DNA of 64,000 nucleotides from an uncultured Victivallales bacterium (GCA_964607765.1 CAZSNT010000033.1:3955-67954); one strand, 5' to 3'. Shown: positions 18,888-30,187, counted from the stretch's first letter. The notes: generated by a model not told the origin, from the sequence alone. A program made the numbers and translations.

Positions 18888-21827
18888 GTGAGCAAGTCGT
18901 CAAAGGTCATTCCGGGAACGGCGCCGATGTCGGCCGAGGAGCGCGCGGGCACGGGCCGCCCTGCCCCCGCCGGCCCTGCCCAGTGCCATTTCATCTCGAA
19001 CACGCACTGGGACCGGGAATGGCGCTACTCCATGCAGCGGACGCGTCACATGCTCGTCACCATGCTGGACATGCTGCTGGATATCTTCGAGAGGGAGCCG
19101 CGTTTCCAGTCCTTCCACATGGATTCGCAGTCCATCCCCATCCAGGATTACCTGGAGATTCGACCGGAGAAGACCGAGACGGTCCGCAAGCACATCCAGG
19201 ATGGGCGTCTTCTGGTCGGCCCCTGGTACGTACTGCCTGACGAGTTCTGTGTAGGCGGCGAGTCACTGGTCCGCAATCTGCTCCTCGGCCACCGAATTGC
19301 CCGGGAGTTGGGTGCGGTGAGCAAGACGGGCTACTCGCCGTTTTCCTGGGGCCAGATCTCGCAGATGCCCCAAATCTACAGCGGCTTCGGCATCCCGTTC
19401 GCGGCGTTCTACCGCGGCATCAACACGCTGGTGTCGCCCAACTCCGAGTTTATCTGGGAGGGGCCCGACGGCACGCGGATTGTGGGCTCGCGCCTTGCCT
19501 GTCGGCCGCGCTACAATGTGTGGTACATCCTCCAGCGTCCGGCCTTCTGGGGGTTGGACAACGAGGGCGAGCGACTCATGGCGTGGCGGAACGGGCACGG
19601 CCCGTTCTGTTTCGCAGACACGCTTCTCGGCGAGCTTGACGCGCAGTACACGCATCCGCGTTTCGAATACCACGAGGACACCATTGCGGAGCGCGCCCGG
19701 CAGACGCTGCGCGAGCAGGACGGCGAGTGGACCACGCCGCACCGTTTCTGGTCAGCCGGCCACGACTCGTCCTGCCCCGACATTCGCGAGGTCCGCATGA
19801 TAGCCGAGTGCGACGAGGCCCTGGGCGAGGACGCCAATGTGTTCCACAGCACGTTTGCCGACTTCCAGGCGAAAGTCTGCGAGGGAGTCGGAGACGATCT
19901 GCCCGTGGCCCACGGCGAGATGCGTCACTTCTTCACCAAGGGCAGTTCGTCCGTACTTTTCGGCTGGATCTCTTCCGCACACATGGAGATCAAGCAGGAC
20001 AACGCGGCCACGGAACGCGCTCTGGGCGTGGTTGCCGAACCGCTGGCCGTGTGCGCGTCGCTGTTGGGCGCGCCCTACCCTCGCGCCTTCCTCGACCATG
20101 CCTGGCAATCGCTTCTGCAGAACCACGGGCACGACTCCATCGGCGCCTGCAGCCGCGACGTGGTCCCGGCTGACATGCTGTTCCGTTCACGCCAGGCACG
20201 CGAGATCAGCTCCTGCGTGACCGAGCGTGCGCTCATGGACATTGCCGGGGCCGTCGACCTGTCGGCGCACGGCCCCGATGAAGTCGCTGTCGTGGCCTGG
20301 AACCCGACCCCGGTCCGGCGCTCGGAAACCGTGGAGTTGCTGCTCAACGTTCCGGCTGAAATGCCGGGTGGCGACATCGACCTGGTCGACGAGAACGGGA
20401 CGGCGGTGACAGTCCAGCCGATCGACTCGGTCGACTCCGCGTACCGGATCGTGCAATCGCCCAACGACTGCGCCAACATGTTCGAAGTGCGACGGCAGCG
20501 GATCCTGGCCGAACTGCCCGAGTTGCCCGGAACGGGCTACCGCACCTTCTTTGTGACACCGCGCGAGGAGCCGCGCCGCGGCGTCAAGCACTCCCTGCTG
20601 ACCGGCCCCCAAAGCATGGCGAACGAGTTCCTGGCCGTGACTGTCAACGGGAACGGTACGTTCAGCGTTGAAGACAGAAAGACAGGGCGCTCCTGGGATG
20701 GCCTGGGGTACTTCCGCGACTGCAGCGAGATCGGCAATCCGTGGGAGCACATCACGGTGCCTGAGGACGAGGTCCTGACCACACTCAACGAACGGGCGCG
20801 GGTGGCCCTCGTACGCGACGGTGAGTTGGCGACCAGCTTCCGGGTCGAGCTGAACTGGGAGCTTCCCAAGCGCCGATCGGAGAACGAGAAACACCGCAGC
20901 ACGGAAACCGTGCCCTGCCGGATTGTCAACACCGTCACGCTGCGCCGTCACCAGCCGTGGGTTGAGATCGTCACGGAGCTGGACAACACGGCAGAGGACC
21001 ACTACCTGCAAGTGTCGTTCCCCACGGGCGTGACTGCCGACACCGTCCAGGCGCAGACGCCGTTCGACGTGGTGACCAGACCGATCGAGCGGGTGGATCC
21101 CTCACTGTTCGCCGAAAAGCCGCAGACCGAGCACCCGATGGACCGGTTCGTCGACGTCAGCGACGGCGATGCGGGCGTCGCGCTCTTGAACGAGGGCCTC
21201 AAAGCGTACGAAGCCCACGACGACCCGGCGCAAACGCTGAGCCTGACGCTGCTGCGCTGTTTCCCGCTGCGCATCTGCATCACGAACCTGGAGATGACGG
21301 ACTACAGCAAGCAGGACAAGGGCTCGCAGTGCCCGGGGCCGCACCGGTTCCGCTACGCCTTCATACCGCACAGCGGCGACTGGCAACAGGCCGGGCTGTG
21401 GCAGCAGGCCGAGCGCTTCGCCAACCCGCCTCGCGTCGCCCAGATCGGGCCCACCAGGCACGGGCACCTGCCCCTGACGCGCAGCTTCCTCGAGCTCGAA
21501 CCGCAAGCCTTGCACGTGAGCGCGGTGAAGCAAAGCGAGGACGGACAGGGCTGGGTCGTGCGCCTGCTCAATCCGACGGACGCCGCGATCGCTGGGCGGA
21601 TCCGCCTGAACGGCGGGTGCGCGGAGCCGGATGGTTCGAAGTCGCCTGTGGAACGCCAGCAAGCGGAGTTCGCATTGCCGGCCAACGAGGGCCGGGCGTG
21701 GACACAGGTCCGTCGTGTCACGCTCGAAGAAGTGCCGGAGGAGACGCTTGACATGGACGCGGCAGGCTGGACGGCGATCAAGCTGAGCCCCAAGAAGATC
21801 CTGACGCTTGAATTCAGCAGCAACTGA
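18888..21827 (+). CDS. GH38 alpha-mannosidase (MngB-like), no signal peptide
   Basis: GTG 18888 lies 6 nt after GAGGAGGA. It contains HFISNTHWDREWRYS, GPWYVLPDEF and GYSPFSWGQISQMPQIYSGFGI, which match my memory of the E. coli MngB-type GH38 N-terminal region. The 979-aa length fits GH38. Confidence 0.85.
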   Translation: MSKSSKVIPGTAPMSAEERAGTGRPAPAGPAQCHFISNTHWDREWRYSMQRTRHMLVTMLDMLLDIFEREPRFQSFHMDSQSIPIQDYLEIRPEKTETVRKHIQDGRLLVGPWYVLPDEFCVGGESLVRNLLLGHRIARELGAVSKTGYSPFSWGQISQMPQIYSGFGIPFAAFYRGINTLVSPNSEFIWEGPDGTRIVGSRLACRPRYNVWYILQRPAFWGLDNEGERLMAWRNGHGPFCFADTLLGELDAQYTHPRFEYHEDTIAERARQTLREQDGEWTTPHRFWSAGHDSSCPDIREVRMIAECDEALGEDANVFHSTFADFQAKVCEGVGDDLPVAHGEMRHFFTKGSSSVLFGWISSAHMEIKQDNAATERALGVVAEPLAVCASLLGAPYPRAFLDHAWQSLLQNHGHDSIGACSRDVVPADMLFRSRQAREISSCVTERALMDIAGAVDLSAHGPDEVAVVAWNPTPVRRSETVELLLNVPAEMPGGDIDLVDENGTAVTVQPIDSVDSAYRIVQSPNDCANMFEVRRQRILAELPELPGTGYRTFFVTPREEPRRGVKHSLLTGPQSMANEFLAVTVNGNGTFSVEDRKTGRSWDGLGYFRDCSEIGNPWEHITVPEDEVLTTLNERARVALVRDGELATSFRVELNWELPKRRSENEKHRSTETVPCRIVNTVTLRRHQPWVEIVTELDNTAEDHYLQVSFPTGVTADTVQAQTPFDVVTRPIERVDPSLFAEKPQTEHPMDRFVDVSDGDAGVALLNEGLKAYEAHDDPAQTLSLTLLRCFPLRICITNLEMTDYSKQDKGSQCPGPHRFRYAFIPHSGDWQQAGLWQQAERFANPPRVAQIGPTRHGHLPLTRSFLELEPQALHVSAVKQSEDGQGWVVRLLNPTDAAIAGRIRLNGGCAEPDGSKSPVERQQAEFALPANEGRAWTQVRRVTLEEVPEETLDMDAAGWTAIKLSPKKILTLEFSSN

Positions 21828-21944
21828 TACCGGCGGGACGATCGACTGCAGTCGTCAGCAATCGGACGCAACCGACAGCGATCAACTTCCGGAGTAGGAC
21901 CAGCGACTTACGGTTTGCGACTGGCGGGTGCCGTGTTCCATGCC

Positions 21945-21979
21945 GTTTTCCGGACACCTGAACACCGAACACCGAACAC
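21945..21979 (+). repeat. GTTTTCCGGACA copy fused to a CYGAACA heptamer x3 repeat, just upstream of a sulfatase start
   Basis: GTTTTCCGGAC is at 21945-21955 and is followed by cctgaaca ccgaaca ccgaaca (21957-21978). The ATG of the next gene is at 21991. Confidence 0.8.
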
Positions 21980-21990
21980 TGGAAGCCACG

Positions 21991-23469
21991 ATGCCCCAAC
22001 CAAACATCCTGCTGATTCTGACCGACCAACACCGCCTGTCGGCCTTGGGCGCCTACGGCCCGACGCCGTGCCAGACCCCGAACATCGACCGGCTGGCCGC
22101 GGAGGGCACGCTGATCGAACAGGCCTACACCACGTGCCCGGTCTGTACACCGGCGCGCGGCAGCGTCCTCACGGGGCTCTACCCGCACGCGCACGGGATG
22201 CGCCTTAACGAGGACTGTCACCAATTGGCGGCGCAACGCCTGCGGTGTCGCCCCGACCTGCTGTCGCGGCGTCTGACCGCTCAAGGCTACAGTGTCGGCT
22301 ACAACGGCAAGTGGCACCTCGGCGACCGCACCAGGCGCATCACACCGGATCTGGAAGCGCCCTCAGTGCTGCCCACCGACGCGGGGTTCGAGGGCTTTGA
22401 CTACGGCGGCCACGGCGACGGGGGCCACGGGTACGACGACTACAAGCAGTACCTGGCCGGCAACGGTTGGGAGCACGAGTCTGACCATGACGTCGAGATC
22501 CCCATGCCGTCTCTGCCGCGGTGGGGGCGGCTGCGCGGTCCTGCTGAGTCGACTGTCGCGCACTACATCACCAGCAACTCGATTGATCTGCTCGAAGCGT
22601 TCCGCGAGCGGGAGAAGCCGTGGTTTCTCTGGCACAACTTCTGGGGGCCGCACGAGCCGCACTACGCCCCGGCCGAGTTCGTCGACATGTACCGGGACGT
22701 GCGAATTCCGCCGTGGCCGAACTTCACGATGCCCCAGGTCGACCCGAATCTCCCGCAACAGGCGAAGCGTCACCCGCGCTACGCGGACATGAAGTGGGAG
22801 TATTACGAGGAATTGCTCCGGTACTACTATGCGCTGACCACGCACATCGATGCGGAGATCGGGCGGTTGCTCGCGTATCTCGACGACAGCGGCCAGCGCG
22901 ACAACACGGTCATCATCTTCTCCGCAGACCACGGTGAGACGCTGGGCAGCCACGCCGGGCTCGGTGACAAGGGCTGGCACCATTTCGAGGAAATCCAACG
23001 CATTCCGTTCATTGTCTGGATGCCCGAATCACTACGCCCGGGCGCCATGGCTCCCGGACAGCGAATCGACGACGCGCTGGTCTCGCTGGTGGACATCTAT
23101 CCGACCTGCCTGGAACTGGCCGGGTGTCCGGAAAACGGACCAGACACGCACGGGCGCTCGCTGCTGCCGCTGCTGGCGGATCCCAACACGGAGTGGCGTG
23201 ACGTGGTCGGCTGCGAGTTCTGGGGGCTGAACGCGGTCAACGGCACCATGGCGTCTGTCCGACGCGGCAACTGGAAGTACGGCTGGAATGCGAACTCCGC
23301 AGACGAGCTCTACGACCTCGAATCGGATCCCCACGAATTACGGGACCTCGCCGCCTGTCCCGAGCACACCACGACCCTCCGGGAGATGCGTGAAACGATG
23401 GCCGAGTGGATGGCGGACACCAACATGCAAGGCGCCATCCGCAGACACTACGAACTGACGAGCAGATGA
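21991..23469 (+). CDS. Cys-type sulfatase (formylglycine-dependent), no signal peptide
   Basis: The start is at ATG 21991 (MPQPNILLILTDQHR). The active-site signature is CPVCTPARGSVLTG (CxPxR). It also contains IIFSADHGE. Confidence 0.9.
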   Translation: MPQPNILLILTDQHRLSALGAYGPTPCQTPNIDRLAAEGTLIEQAYTTCPVCTPARGSVLTGLYPHAHGMRLNEDCHQLAAQRLRCRPDLLSRRLTAQGYSVGYNGKWHLGDRTRRITPDLEAPSVLPTDAGFEGFDYGGHGDGGHGYDDYKQYLAGNGWEHESDHDVEIPMPSLPRWGRLRGPAESTVAHYITSNSIDLLEAFREREKPWFLWHNFWGPHEPHYAPAEFVDMYRDVRIPPWPNFTMPQVDPNLPQQAKRHPRYADMKWEYYEELLRYYYALTTHIDAEIGRLLAYLDDSGQRDNTVIIFSADHGETLGSHAGLGDKGWHHFEEIQRIPFIVWMPESLRPGAMAPGQRIDDALVSLVDIYPTCLELAGCPENGPDTHGRSLLPLLADPNTEWRDVVGCEFWGLNAVNGTMASVRRGNWKYGWNANSADELYDLESDPHELRDLAACPEHTTTLREMRETMAEWMADTNMQGAIRRHYELTSR

Positions 23470-23470
23470 C

Positions 23471-24967
23471 ATGGCAGCCAATCGACCGAACGTCCTTCTC
23501 CTCTTTTCGGACCAGCACAACGCCGCAACCCTCGGCTGCGAGGGGCACCCGGATGTGCGGACTCCGCACCTGGATGCGTTGGCCGCCGAGGGCACGCGGT
23601 TCGAGAGGGCCTACTGCCAGGACGCGATCTGTCTGCCGTCGCGCTGCTCGATGTTTTCCGGACTTTACCCGCGCACCCTCGGCTGCCTGACCAATGGCGA
23701 CCACACACCGCTGATGGACGGTGTCGTGTCCATGCAGGAGGCCTTCCGGCGAAATGGCTACGCCACGGCGGCGTTCGGGAAACGGCATCTGGTGTCGGGT
23801 TGCGATGCCGGCTGGGACGTGGCCGCGAGCCACATGCACGGCGAGTCGCCGAACGACAACTACGTCGCCTGGATCGAGGAACGCGGGCTGGCTGCGGAGT
23901 TCGCACACGACTGGGCCGCGGAGTTCGGGCGCGGCCCGAAGGGGGGCAGCTTCCGGGACACCGAGATCCCGTTTGCCGTCATGGGCACGCGTGAATCGCG
24001 ACTTCCGGGAAACGCAACCATGGAGGCGTTTTCCGGACAACGCACGGTCGAATACCTGCGTGAACGGGCCACGGACGGCGAGCCGTTCTTCTGCTTCTCG
24101 TCCTTCTACCGGCCGCACCAGCCCTACACGCCCCTGCCCTCTTACTGGGCACGGTTCGACCGGAGCCGCTGGGGGGCGGGGCGGAACAACGGCGATGCCA
24201 TCGCCATGCCGCCAAACCTGCGGCAGAATCCCGGCGAGCTCCCGCCCATGTTCCAGGGGCTCTTCCAAGGCCGAAACCGGGTCTGGCGTACGGACCTGGC
24301 CAGAGCGGACGAACAACTCTATCGCAACTATGTCTCTGCCTACTACGCGCTGGTGGAAGAGATCGACGATCACGTCGGGGCAATCCTGAACGTGCTGGAG
24401 CAGACCGGGTTGCGCGAGAACACGATCGTGGTCTACACGACGGATCACGGCGACTTCGTGGGACGTCACGGCATGATCGAAAAGTGCGCTCCGGGCCACA
24501 ATGTCTACGAAGAGACGCTGCGCGTGCCGTTGCTCGTGAGCTGGCCGACTCAACTGCAGGCGGGAGCAGTCTGTGACGGGCTGGCCGAGCTCGTCGATGT
24601 GTATCCGACACTCCTCGATCTGTGCGGACTCCGCACACCGGAGCTGGCCCAGCCGCTGCAGGGCCAATCGCTTGCCGGCGCGCTGCGCGGCGACGCGCCG
24701 GTCGATCGGGAGTTCACGGTGTCGGAGAACTGGGGCCAGGCGACCATCGTCACGCGAGACCACAAGTTGGGCGTGTGGCGTGAGCCGCCTGCGGGCGGGG
24801 GCCCCGACAGCCGCGCGTTCGGCGACATGCTGTTTGACCGGAAAACAGACCCGGGAGAAGCGAGCAACCGTTACGGCGATCCGGCCTATGCTGAAGTGCA
24901 GGCGAAACTGCGGCAGAAGCTCGACCAATGGTCTGCGCGGACACCGACTGCCGAGAGAGTGTCATGA
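23471..24967 (+). CDS. Cys-type sulfatase, no signal peptide
   Basis: The ATG lies 1 nt after the previous stop. It starts MAANRPNVLLLFSDQHN, carries the CLPSRCSMFSGLYP signature and contains VVYTTDHGDF. It is a paralogue of 31922..33400. Confidence 0.9.
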   Translation: MAANRPNVLLLFSDQHNAATLGCEGHPDVRTPHLDALAAEGTRFERAYCQDAICLPSRCSMFSGLYPRTLGCLTNGDHTPLMDGVVSMQEAFRRNGYATAAFGKRHLVSGCDAGWDVAASHMHGESPNDNYVAWIEERGLAAEFAHDWAAEFGRGPKGGSFRDTEIPFAVMGTRESRLPGNATMEAFSGQRTVEYLRERATDGEPFFCFSSFYRPHQPYTPLPSYWARFDRSRWGAGRNNGDAIAMPPNLRQNPGELPPMFQGLFQGRNRVWRTDLARADEQLYRNYVSAYYALVEEIDDHVGAILNVLEQTGLRENTIVVYTTDHGDFVGRHGMIEKCAPGHNVYEETLRVPLLVSWPTQLQAGAVCDGLAELVDVYPTLLDLCGLRTPELAQPLQGQSLAGALRGDAPVDREFTVSENWGQATIVTRDHKLGVWREPPAGGGPDSRAFGDMLFDRKTDPGEASNRYGDPAYAEVQAKLRQKLDQWSARTPTAERVS

Positions 24968-26265
24968 GGAAGCTGACTGCAAGCTGTTTGGGAGTACTGA
25001 TGGCCGTATCATCTCTTTGCGCTGCGGACGAACGGATCGACTGCTCCACCTTGACGGGCAAGGTGATGTGCGGGTATCAGGGGTGGTTCCGGACCCCCGA
25101 TGACGGCACGGGAGGGGGTTGGACGCACTACGGCAAAGGCGGCAAGTTTGAGCCCGGTGCCTGCAGCATCGATTTCTGGCCGAACGTGTCCGAGTTGGAT
25201 GCCGACGAGACGTTCGTGACGGCGTTTCGCCACGCGGACGGCACGCCGGCCCGGGTTTTCAGCTCGGTAACGCCCAAGACCGCCATGCGCCACTTCCTCT
25301 GGATGCGGGAGTACGGGATCGACGGCGTCTTTGTTCAGCGCTTTGCCAGCCCTGTGTGCGACATCGGGCGTGGGTGGGAGCAACGCCGAAAGAACACCGA
25401 CAGAGTACTCGAGAACTGCCGGGCGGGAGCCAACGCCCACGGCAGAGCCTACGCCGTGATGTACGATCTCTCCGGAATGCCGAACGGTAAGATGGACAAG
25501 GTGATGGTCGACTGGCGGCATCTCGAGAATGACTTGGGGATCACCACACTCGCCGATGACCGTGCCTACCTGCACCATCGTGGCAAGCCGGTCGTCGCCG
25601 TCTGGGGCGTGGGGTTCGGCGGCAAGGACCGCAAGTACACGCTGGACGAGTGTTCCGATCTCATCGCTTCCCTCAAGGACCGGGGCCTGACCGTCATGCT
25701 CGGCGTACCCACCGGTTGGCGTACTCTCGACCGGGACTCGACCAAAGACGCGCGACTGCACAAAGCGATCCGGCAAGCAGACATCATCTCACCGTGGACC
25801 GTCGGGCGCTACCGGGACGGAAGAGGCGTGAAGCGGCATGCAGGCCGACGCTGGAAGGGCGACATCACCTGGTGTCGGGACGCCGGCCTGGAGTACCTGC
25901 CCGTCGTCTTCCCCGGGTTCAGCTGGGTCAACCTGAAGGGAGAGCCCGAAGACCGGCAGATACATCGTCGCGACGGGTTGTTCCTCTGGAGCCAGTACTG
26001 CGAACTCCGCAAACTCGGAGCGACCATGGTCTACCAGGCCATGTTCGACGAAGTGGATGAAGGCACGCAGATCCTCAAGATCAGCAATGATCCCCCGGTC
26101 GGGGAGAGTGTTTTCCGGACATACGAGGGGTTGCCCGAGGACCACTACCTGTGGTTGGTCGGTCAGGCGACTCGCATGATCCGTGGCGAGATCGATCGCG
26201 CTCCGAAGCGCGAGGGATTCGATGAGGTCAACAAGAGATTCAGTGACAAAGCAACGACCCCGTAG
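24964..26265 (+). CDS. Exported uncharacterised glycoside-hydrolase-like protein (paralogue of the core of 38244..40649)
   Basis: ATG 24964 overlaps the previous stop (ATGA). MRKLTASCLGVLMAVSSLCAA is a signal. The conserved blocks KVMCGYQGWF, GIDGVFVQRF, ISPWTVGRY, FPGFSW and AMFDEVDEGT align along the whole length with the centre of the 38244 protein. I cannot name the family with confidence. Confidence 0.6.
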   Translation: MRKLTASCLGVLMAVSSLCAADERIDCSTLTGKVMCGYQGWFRTPDDGTGGGWTHYGKGGKFEPGACSIDFWPNVSELDADETFVTAFRHADGTPARVFSSVTPKTAMRHFLWMREYGIDGVFVQRFASPVCDIGRGWEQRRKNTDRVLENCRAGANAHGRAYAVMYDLSGMPNGKMDKVMVDWRHLENDLGITTLADDRAYLHHRGKPVVAVWGVGFGGKDRKYTLDECSDLIASLKDRGLTVMLGVPTGWRTLDRDSTKDARLHKAIRQADIISPWTVGRYRDGRGVKRHAGRRWKGDITWCRDAGLEYLPVVFPGFSWVNLKGEPEDRQIHRRDGLFLWSQYCELRKLGATMVYQAMFDEVDEGTQILKISNDPPVGESVFRTYEGLPEDHYLWLVGQATRMIRGEIDRAPKREGFDEVNKRFSDKATTP

Positions 26266-26401
26266 GCCGGGTCTTCCGCCGGAAGGCTTGAAGAATGGGG
26301 GAGAACCAAAGGACGATCCTAACCATCGGCAAGCAAGAGAATTCGACAGGAATACGTGCTGTCAACTTTGACAGAGCCTGAACGGGGGACAGGAGATGAT
26401 C

Positions 26402-27379
26402 ATGAGAGAGTGCAGTGCCGGGCGGTGTTTGCTGTCGTTGTTTCTTTCGGGGGTTGTTTTGTCTGCAGCGGCTGCTCCGAAGGCCAAGAAAACCAAGCGG
26501 CAGCAAGCCATTGACAAGTTCAACCAAGTCCACGAGGTGGACGCGAACGTCGTGGTGGAGTTCAGGGAGATCGTGGGCGATATCAAGCCTGCTGCCGCTC
26601 CGGCGCAGCCGCGCAAAGTGCTGGTCTACGGGGTGAGCCACGGGCCGCACCGATTCGTAATTCCCACGGCCAGAGTGATCATGGGCCTGCTCGGCGAAGA
26701 GACCGGTGCCTACACAGCAGTGATCAGCGACGACCTTGCCAACTTCGAGCCCAACGCCCTGAAGCAATTCGACGCGGTTTGCTTCGCCAACACGACCGGC
26801 GAAGTGTTCTACCGTCCGATCGCCAGACATCTGTTCGACGAACTCACGGTGGCCGAGAAGAAGGAGCAGGTCGCCAACGCCGGACGACTGGTGAAGAACC
26901 TGACCGACTACGTCATGGACGGCGGCGGGTTCTTCGGGATTCACGCGGCCACGGATACGCTGAAGAAGTCACCAGCCTACGGCGAGATGGTCGGCGGTTA
27001 CTTCGACGGGCATCCGTGGTCGGCGAGCCAGACGGTTTTCATACAGGTGGAACAGCCGGAGCATCCGCTCTGCAGGGGCGTTTTCCGGACAGAAGGCTTC
27101 TCCATCAAGGACGAGATCTACCAGATGAAGGCGCCGTATTCGCGGGACAAGGTCACTGTTCTCCTGTCGCTGGATCTGGAGAAATGCGAGAAGCCGAAGA
27201 AGCCCGTCAAACGCGGGGCGACGGACTTCCCGATCAGTTGGGTCAAGCCGCATGGTAAGGGCCGCGTGTTCTACTCGGTGCTGGGCCACGGCAAAGCCAC
27301 GTTCCACAATCGCCTGGTGGTTCAGCACTGGCTGAACGGGCTGCAATATGTCATGGGAGATACACCGCATGCAGACTGA
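26402..27379 (+). CDS. ThuA-like (trehalose-utilisation, class I glutamine amidotransferase-like fold) domain protein, exported
   Basis: The start is probably ATG 26402, 6 nt after AGGAG, with signal MRECSAGRCLLSLFLSGVVLSAAAA. It contains KVLVYGVSHGPHRF, GGGFFGIHAATD, GGYFDGHPW and GKGRVFYSVLGHG, typical of ThuA-domain proteins. Confidence 0.8.
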   Translation: MRECSAGRCLLSLFLSGVVLSAAAAPKAKKTKRQQAIDKFNQVHEVDANVVVEFREIVGDIKPAAAPAQPRKVLVYGVSHGPHRFVIPTARVIMGLLGEETGAYTAVISDDLANFEPNALKQFDAVCFANTTGEVFYRPIARHLFDELTVAEKKEQVANAGRLVKNLTDYVMDGGGFFGIHAATDTLKKSPAYGEMVGGYFDGHPWSASQTVFIQVEQPEHPLCRGVFRTEGFSIKDEIYQMKAPYSRDKVTVLLSLDLEKCEKPKKPVKRGATDFPISWVKPHGKGRVFYSVLGHGKATFHNRLVVQHWLNGLQYVMGDTPHAD

Positions 27380-28763
27380 TGTTTTCCGGACAGTTGCGAC
27401 CAAAGCGGCAGTGGGCGTTGTCTTGCTCTGCAGCGCCGCCCCGGTTCTTGGCTCAGACAAGCCGAACGTCATCGTGATCATGGCCGACGACCTCGGTGCC
27501 GAGGGTTTGGGTTGCTACGGCAGCACGATCTACACCACGCCCAACCTGGACCGAATGGCTGAAGAGGGCGTACGGTTCGACAATGCCTACGCCACACCGC
27601 TGTGCACACCGACCCGGGTCATGATCATGAGCGGGCTCTACGCGAACCGAACCGGGTTCCGCGCTCTGATCGGCAAGGGCAAAGGCGTGCGCATGCCGGC
27701 GGAGATCAAGACATTCGGGCACATCTTCCGAGAGGCCGGCTACCAGACCGGCATTGCCGGCAAGTGGCAGCTCGGCAAGTTTGACGAGCACCCCGGACAG
27801 CCGGTCGAGCATGGCTTTGACGAATACTGCATGTGGACCTGGTTCTACGGTGGGAAGAAGTCCAGCCGCTTCTACAGCCCCCAAATCTACCAGGCCGGGA
27901 AAGTCATCAACGGCGCCGAAAGTGATTTCGGGCCGGATTACTTCAATGACTTCGTTCTGGACTTCATCGACCGAAACAAAGACAGGCCGTTCTTCTTCTA
28001 CTACCCGATGGTCCTTGTCCATTCGCCCTTCATTCACCCTCCGAAGCTGGAAGCACTTGCGCGCAGCAAGTACACAGACGACCTGGACAAGAAGACCGTC
28101 GCGTTCGGCCACATGATCACGTACATGGATCACATCGTGGGCAATATCCTGACGCGGCTCCGGAAGCACGGCATCGAGAAGAACACTTTGGTGCTGTTCA
28201 CCGCGGACAACGGAACGCACAAGTCGATCACCAGCAAACTCCCCGGGATGTCTCTGAAGGGCGGCAAGGGATCCATGACCGAGGCCGGCACTCGCGTGCC
28301 TTTCATCGCCTGGTGGCCAGAGACCATTCAGCCAGGTGTCCGTAACGAGTTTCTCTGTCTGGTCGATGTCCTGCCCACGATTGCCTCGGTCGCTGGAATC
28401 GAGCTGGACTGGAAGTTCGACGGAATGGACTTGTCCCACAATCTGATTGGGACGGAGGGCCCAGACCGGGAGCGGATTCTGATGTCCTACAAGCAGGGCT
28501 TCTTCGCGAGAGACAAGCGCTTCCGGCTCCACGAGGATGGCACGCTCCATGACATCCCGGTGACCTCTGACAAGGAGCGTTACAGCGAGAAGACGTGCAC
28601 CACTCCCGAGCGCGATCCCCAGCAGAAGTTGCTTCAGGGAGCTCTGGACGAGCTCATGGCGATCCCGCAGGAGTACGGGCAGACGGCCACCGCCGGGCCC
28701 GAACGCGAATCGCCAAAGACAGGGAAGCCCAGGAAGAAGCGAGGGAAGAGAGAGAAGATATGA
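27369..28763 (+). CDS. Cys-type sulfatase, exported, polybasic C-terminal tail
   Basis: The preferred start is ATG 27369 ([28 protein letters not shown] signal), which overlaps the ThuA stop by 11 nt. The signature is [15 protein letters not shown] and it contains LFTADNGT. The protein ends ...[15 protein letters not shown]. Confidence 0.85.
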   Translation: MQTDVFRTVATKAAVGVVLLCSAAPVLGSDKPNVIVIMADDLGAEGLGCYGSTIYTTPNLDRMAEEGVRFDNAYATPLCTPTRVMIMSGLYANRTGFRALIGKGKGVRMPAEIKTFGHIFREAGYQTGIAGKWQLGKFDEHPGQPVEHGFDEYCMWTWFYGGKKSSRFYSPQIYQAGKVINGAESDFGPDYFNDFVLDFIDRNKDRPFFFYYPMVLVHSPFIHPPKLEALARSKYTDDLDKKTVAFGHMITYMDHIVGNILTRLRKHGIEKNTLVLFTADNGTHKSITSKLPGMSLKGGKGSMTEAGTRVPFIAWWPETIQPGVRNEFLCLVDVLPTIASVAGIELDWKFDGMDLSHNLIGTEGPDRERILMSYKQGFFARDKRFRLHEDGTLHDIPVTSDKERYSEKTCTTPERDPQQKLLQGALDELMAIPQEYGQTATAGPERESPKTGKPRKKRGKREKI

Positions 28764-30187
28764 GCCGACAATGGACAACGAACACGGTTGCGGGGGTGAT
28801 CGCGGGCGTAGTAGTGCTTCTGGGCGCGTCCGCAGTGGCTCAGGCGGCCCCGAATCCCGGACGCATGAATGTCCTGTTCCTGGTGGTTGACGACTTGAAC
28901 ACGTGGCTGCTCGGGGACACAAACCGATACTCGGGAAAGGTCGTGGCGCCGAGCATCCGAAGACTGGCCGACAGCGGGGTTTTGTTCAATCGCGCCTACA
29001 CCGCCAGTCCGTTCTGCTGCCCGTCGCGGACCGCTCTGCTGTCCGGAGTCAGTCCCATGGAATCGGGAATCTACGGCAACGGTTTGGACGTGGCGGGGAG
29101 CGTTGCGCTCAAGACCGCCACGTCCTTCCCGAAGCTGTTCAGGCAGGCGGGATACACCACTGCTTCCTACGGCAAGATCAGCCACGGATGGAGTTCGGGC
29201 GACGCCTGGGACGACCACATCCCCCACAAACGCGACCCCGTCCCGCCAGATGCCCCCCTCACGCCTGTCGGGAGAGGCGAACAGGACTGGGGACCCACGC
29301 ATCTGGCGGAGGAGGAGATGGGCGACACTACGTACGCAGACGCCGCGATCAAGCAGTTGCAGAAGAAGCACGACAAGCCGTTCCTCATCGCCTGTGGCCT
29401 GTTCCACCCGCACATGCCTTGGTACGTGCCACAGAAGTACTTCGACATGTTCCCCATGGAAGAGGTCACCACCCCGCCACTGAAGGAGGGAGACCTGGAC
29501 GACGTGCCGGCCCTCGCCCGCGAGTTGACCAAAGGCAAGAGCAATTTCGTTGCCGCCGTACGTGAGAAGGGCTTGCTCAAACAGGGCGTCCAGGCGTACC
29601 TCGCGACAACGGCCTACTCGGACGCACAGATGGGGCGTGTGCTCGACGCGCTGGACAAGAGTCCGTACCGGGACAACACGCTTGTCGTGTTGATCAGTGA
29701 TCACGGGTTCCACCTGGCCGAGAAGGACCATTGGCAGAAAGGCACGCTCTGGGAGGAAGCCACCCATTGTCTGATGATGTTCCGGGTCCCGGGCATGACC
29801 GAGGCCGGGGGCGTGTCCGAACGCTTCGTTTCGCTACAGGACATCTATTCGACGCTCGCCGAGATCTGTGGTCTCACAGCCCCCGACTATGTGGCCGGAC
29901 GGTCGCTCGTGCCCTTGCTCAGGGAGCCGGATGCCGAATGGAAAAGTACGGCTATTTCCGCGCTGGCCAGCCGCTACGTCAGCATCCGGAACGAGAGATT
30001 CCGCTACACCCGCTACAGTGACGACCAGGAAGAGCTGTACGACTGCGGGAAAGACCCGAGCGAGTGGACGAATCAGATCGGCAACCCGGAGTACGCGTCT
30101 GTGCTCAAGACGCTTCGGGCGGCCGTGCCGGCCCACACGGACATGGTGCCCGCTCTCCCCCGCAAGCAGAAGAAGAGGAAGAAGTGA
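28760..30187 (+). CDS. Cys-type sulfatase, exported, polybasic C-terminal tail
   Basis: ATG 28760 overlaps the previous stop (ATGA). The signal is [29 protein letters not shown]. The signature is [14 protein letters not shown] and it contains VLISDHGF. The protein ends ...[11 protein letters not shown]. Confidence 0.9.
   Translation: MSRQWTTNTVAGVIAGVVVLLGASAVAQAAPNPGRMNVLFLVVDDLNTWLLGDTNRYSGKVVAPSIRRLADSGVLFNRAYTASPFCCPSRTALLSGVSPMESGIYGNGLDVAGSVALKTATSFPKLFRQAGYTTASYGKISHGWSSGDAWDDHIPHKRDPVPPDAPLTPVGRGEQDWGPTHLAEEEMGDTTYADAAIKQLQKKHDKPFLIACGLFHPHMPWYVPQKYFDMFPMEEVTTPPLKEGDLDDVPALARELTKGKSNFVAAVREKGLLKQGVQAYLATTAYSDAQMGRVLDALDKSPYRDNTLVVLISDHGFHLAEKDHWQKGTLWEEATHCLMMFRVPGMTEAGGVSERFVSLQDIYSTLAEICGLTAPDYVAGRSLVPLLREPDAEWKSTAISALASRYVSIRNERFRYTRYSDDQEELYDCGKDPSEWTNQIGNPEYASVLKTLRAAVPAHTDMVPALPRKQKKRKK

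Noticed and set aside
26359-26374. CTGTCA-actt-TGACAG inverted repeat 28 bp upstream of the ThuA-like gene as an operator
   Set aside because: It has only 6-bp arms, a single occurrence and no cognate regulator nearby. This is too weak to call.
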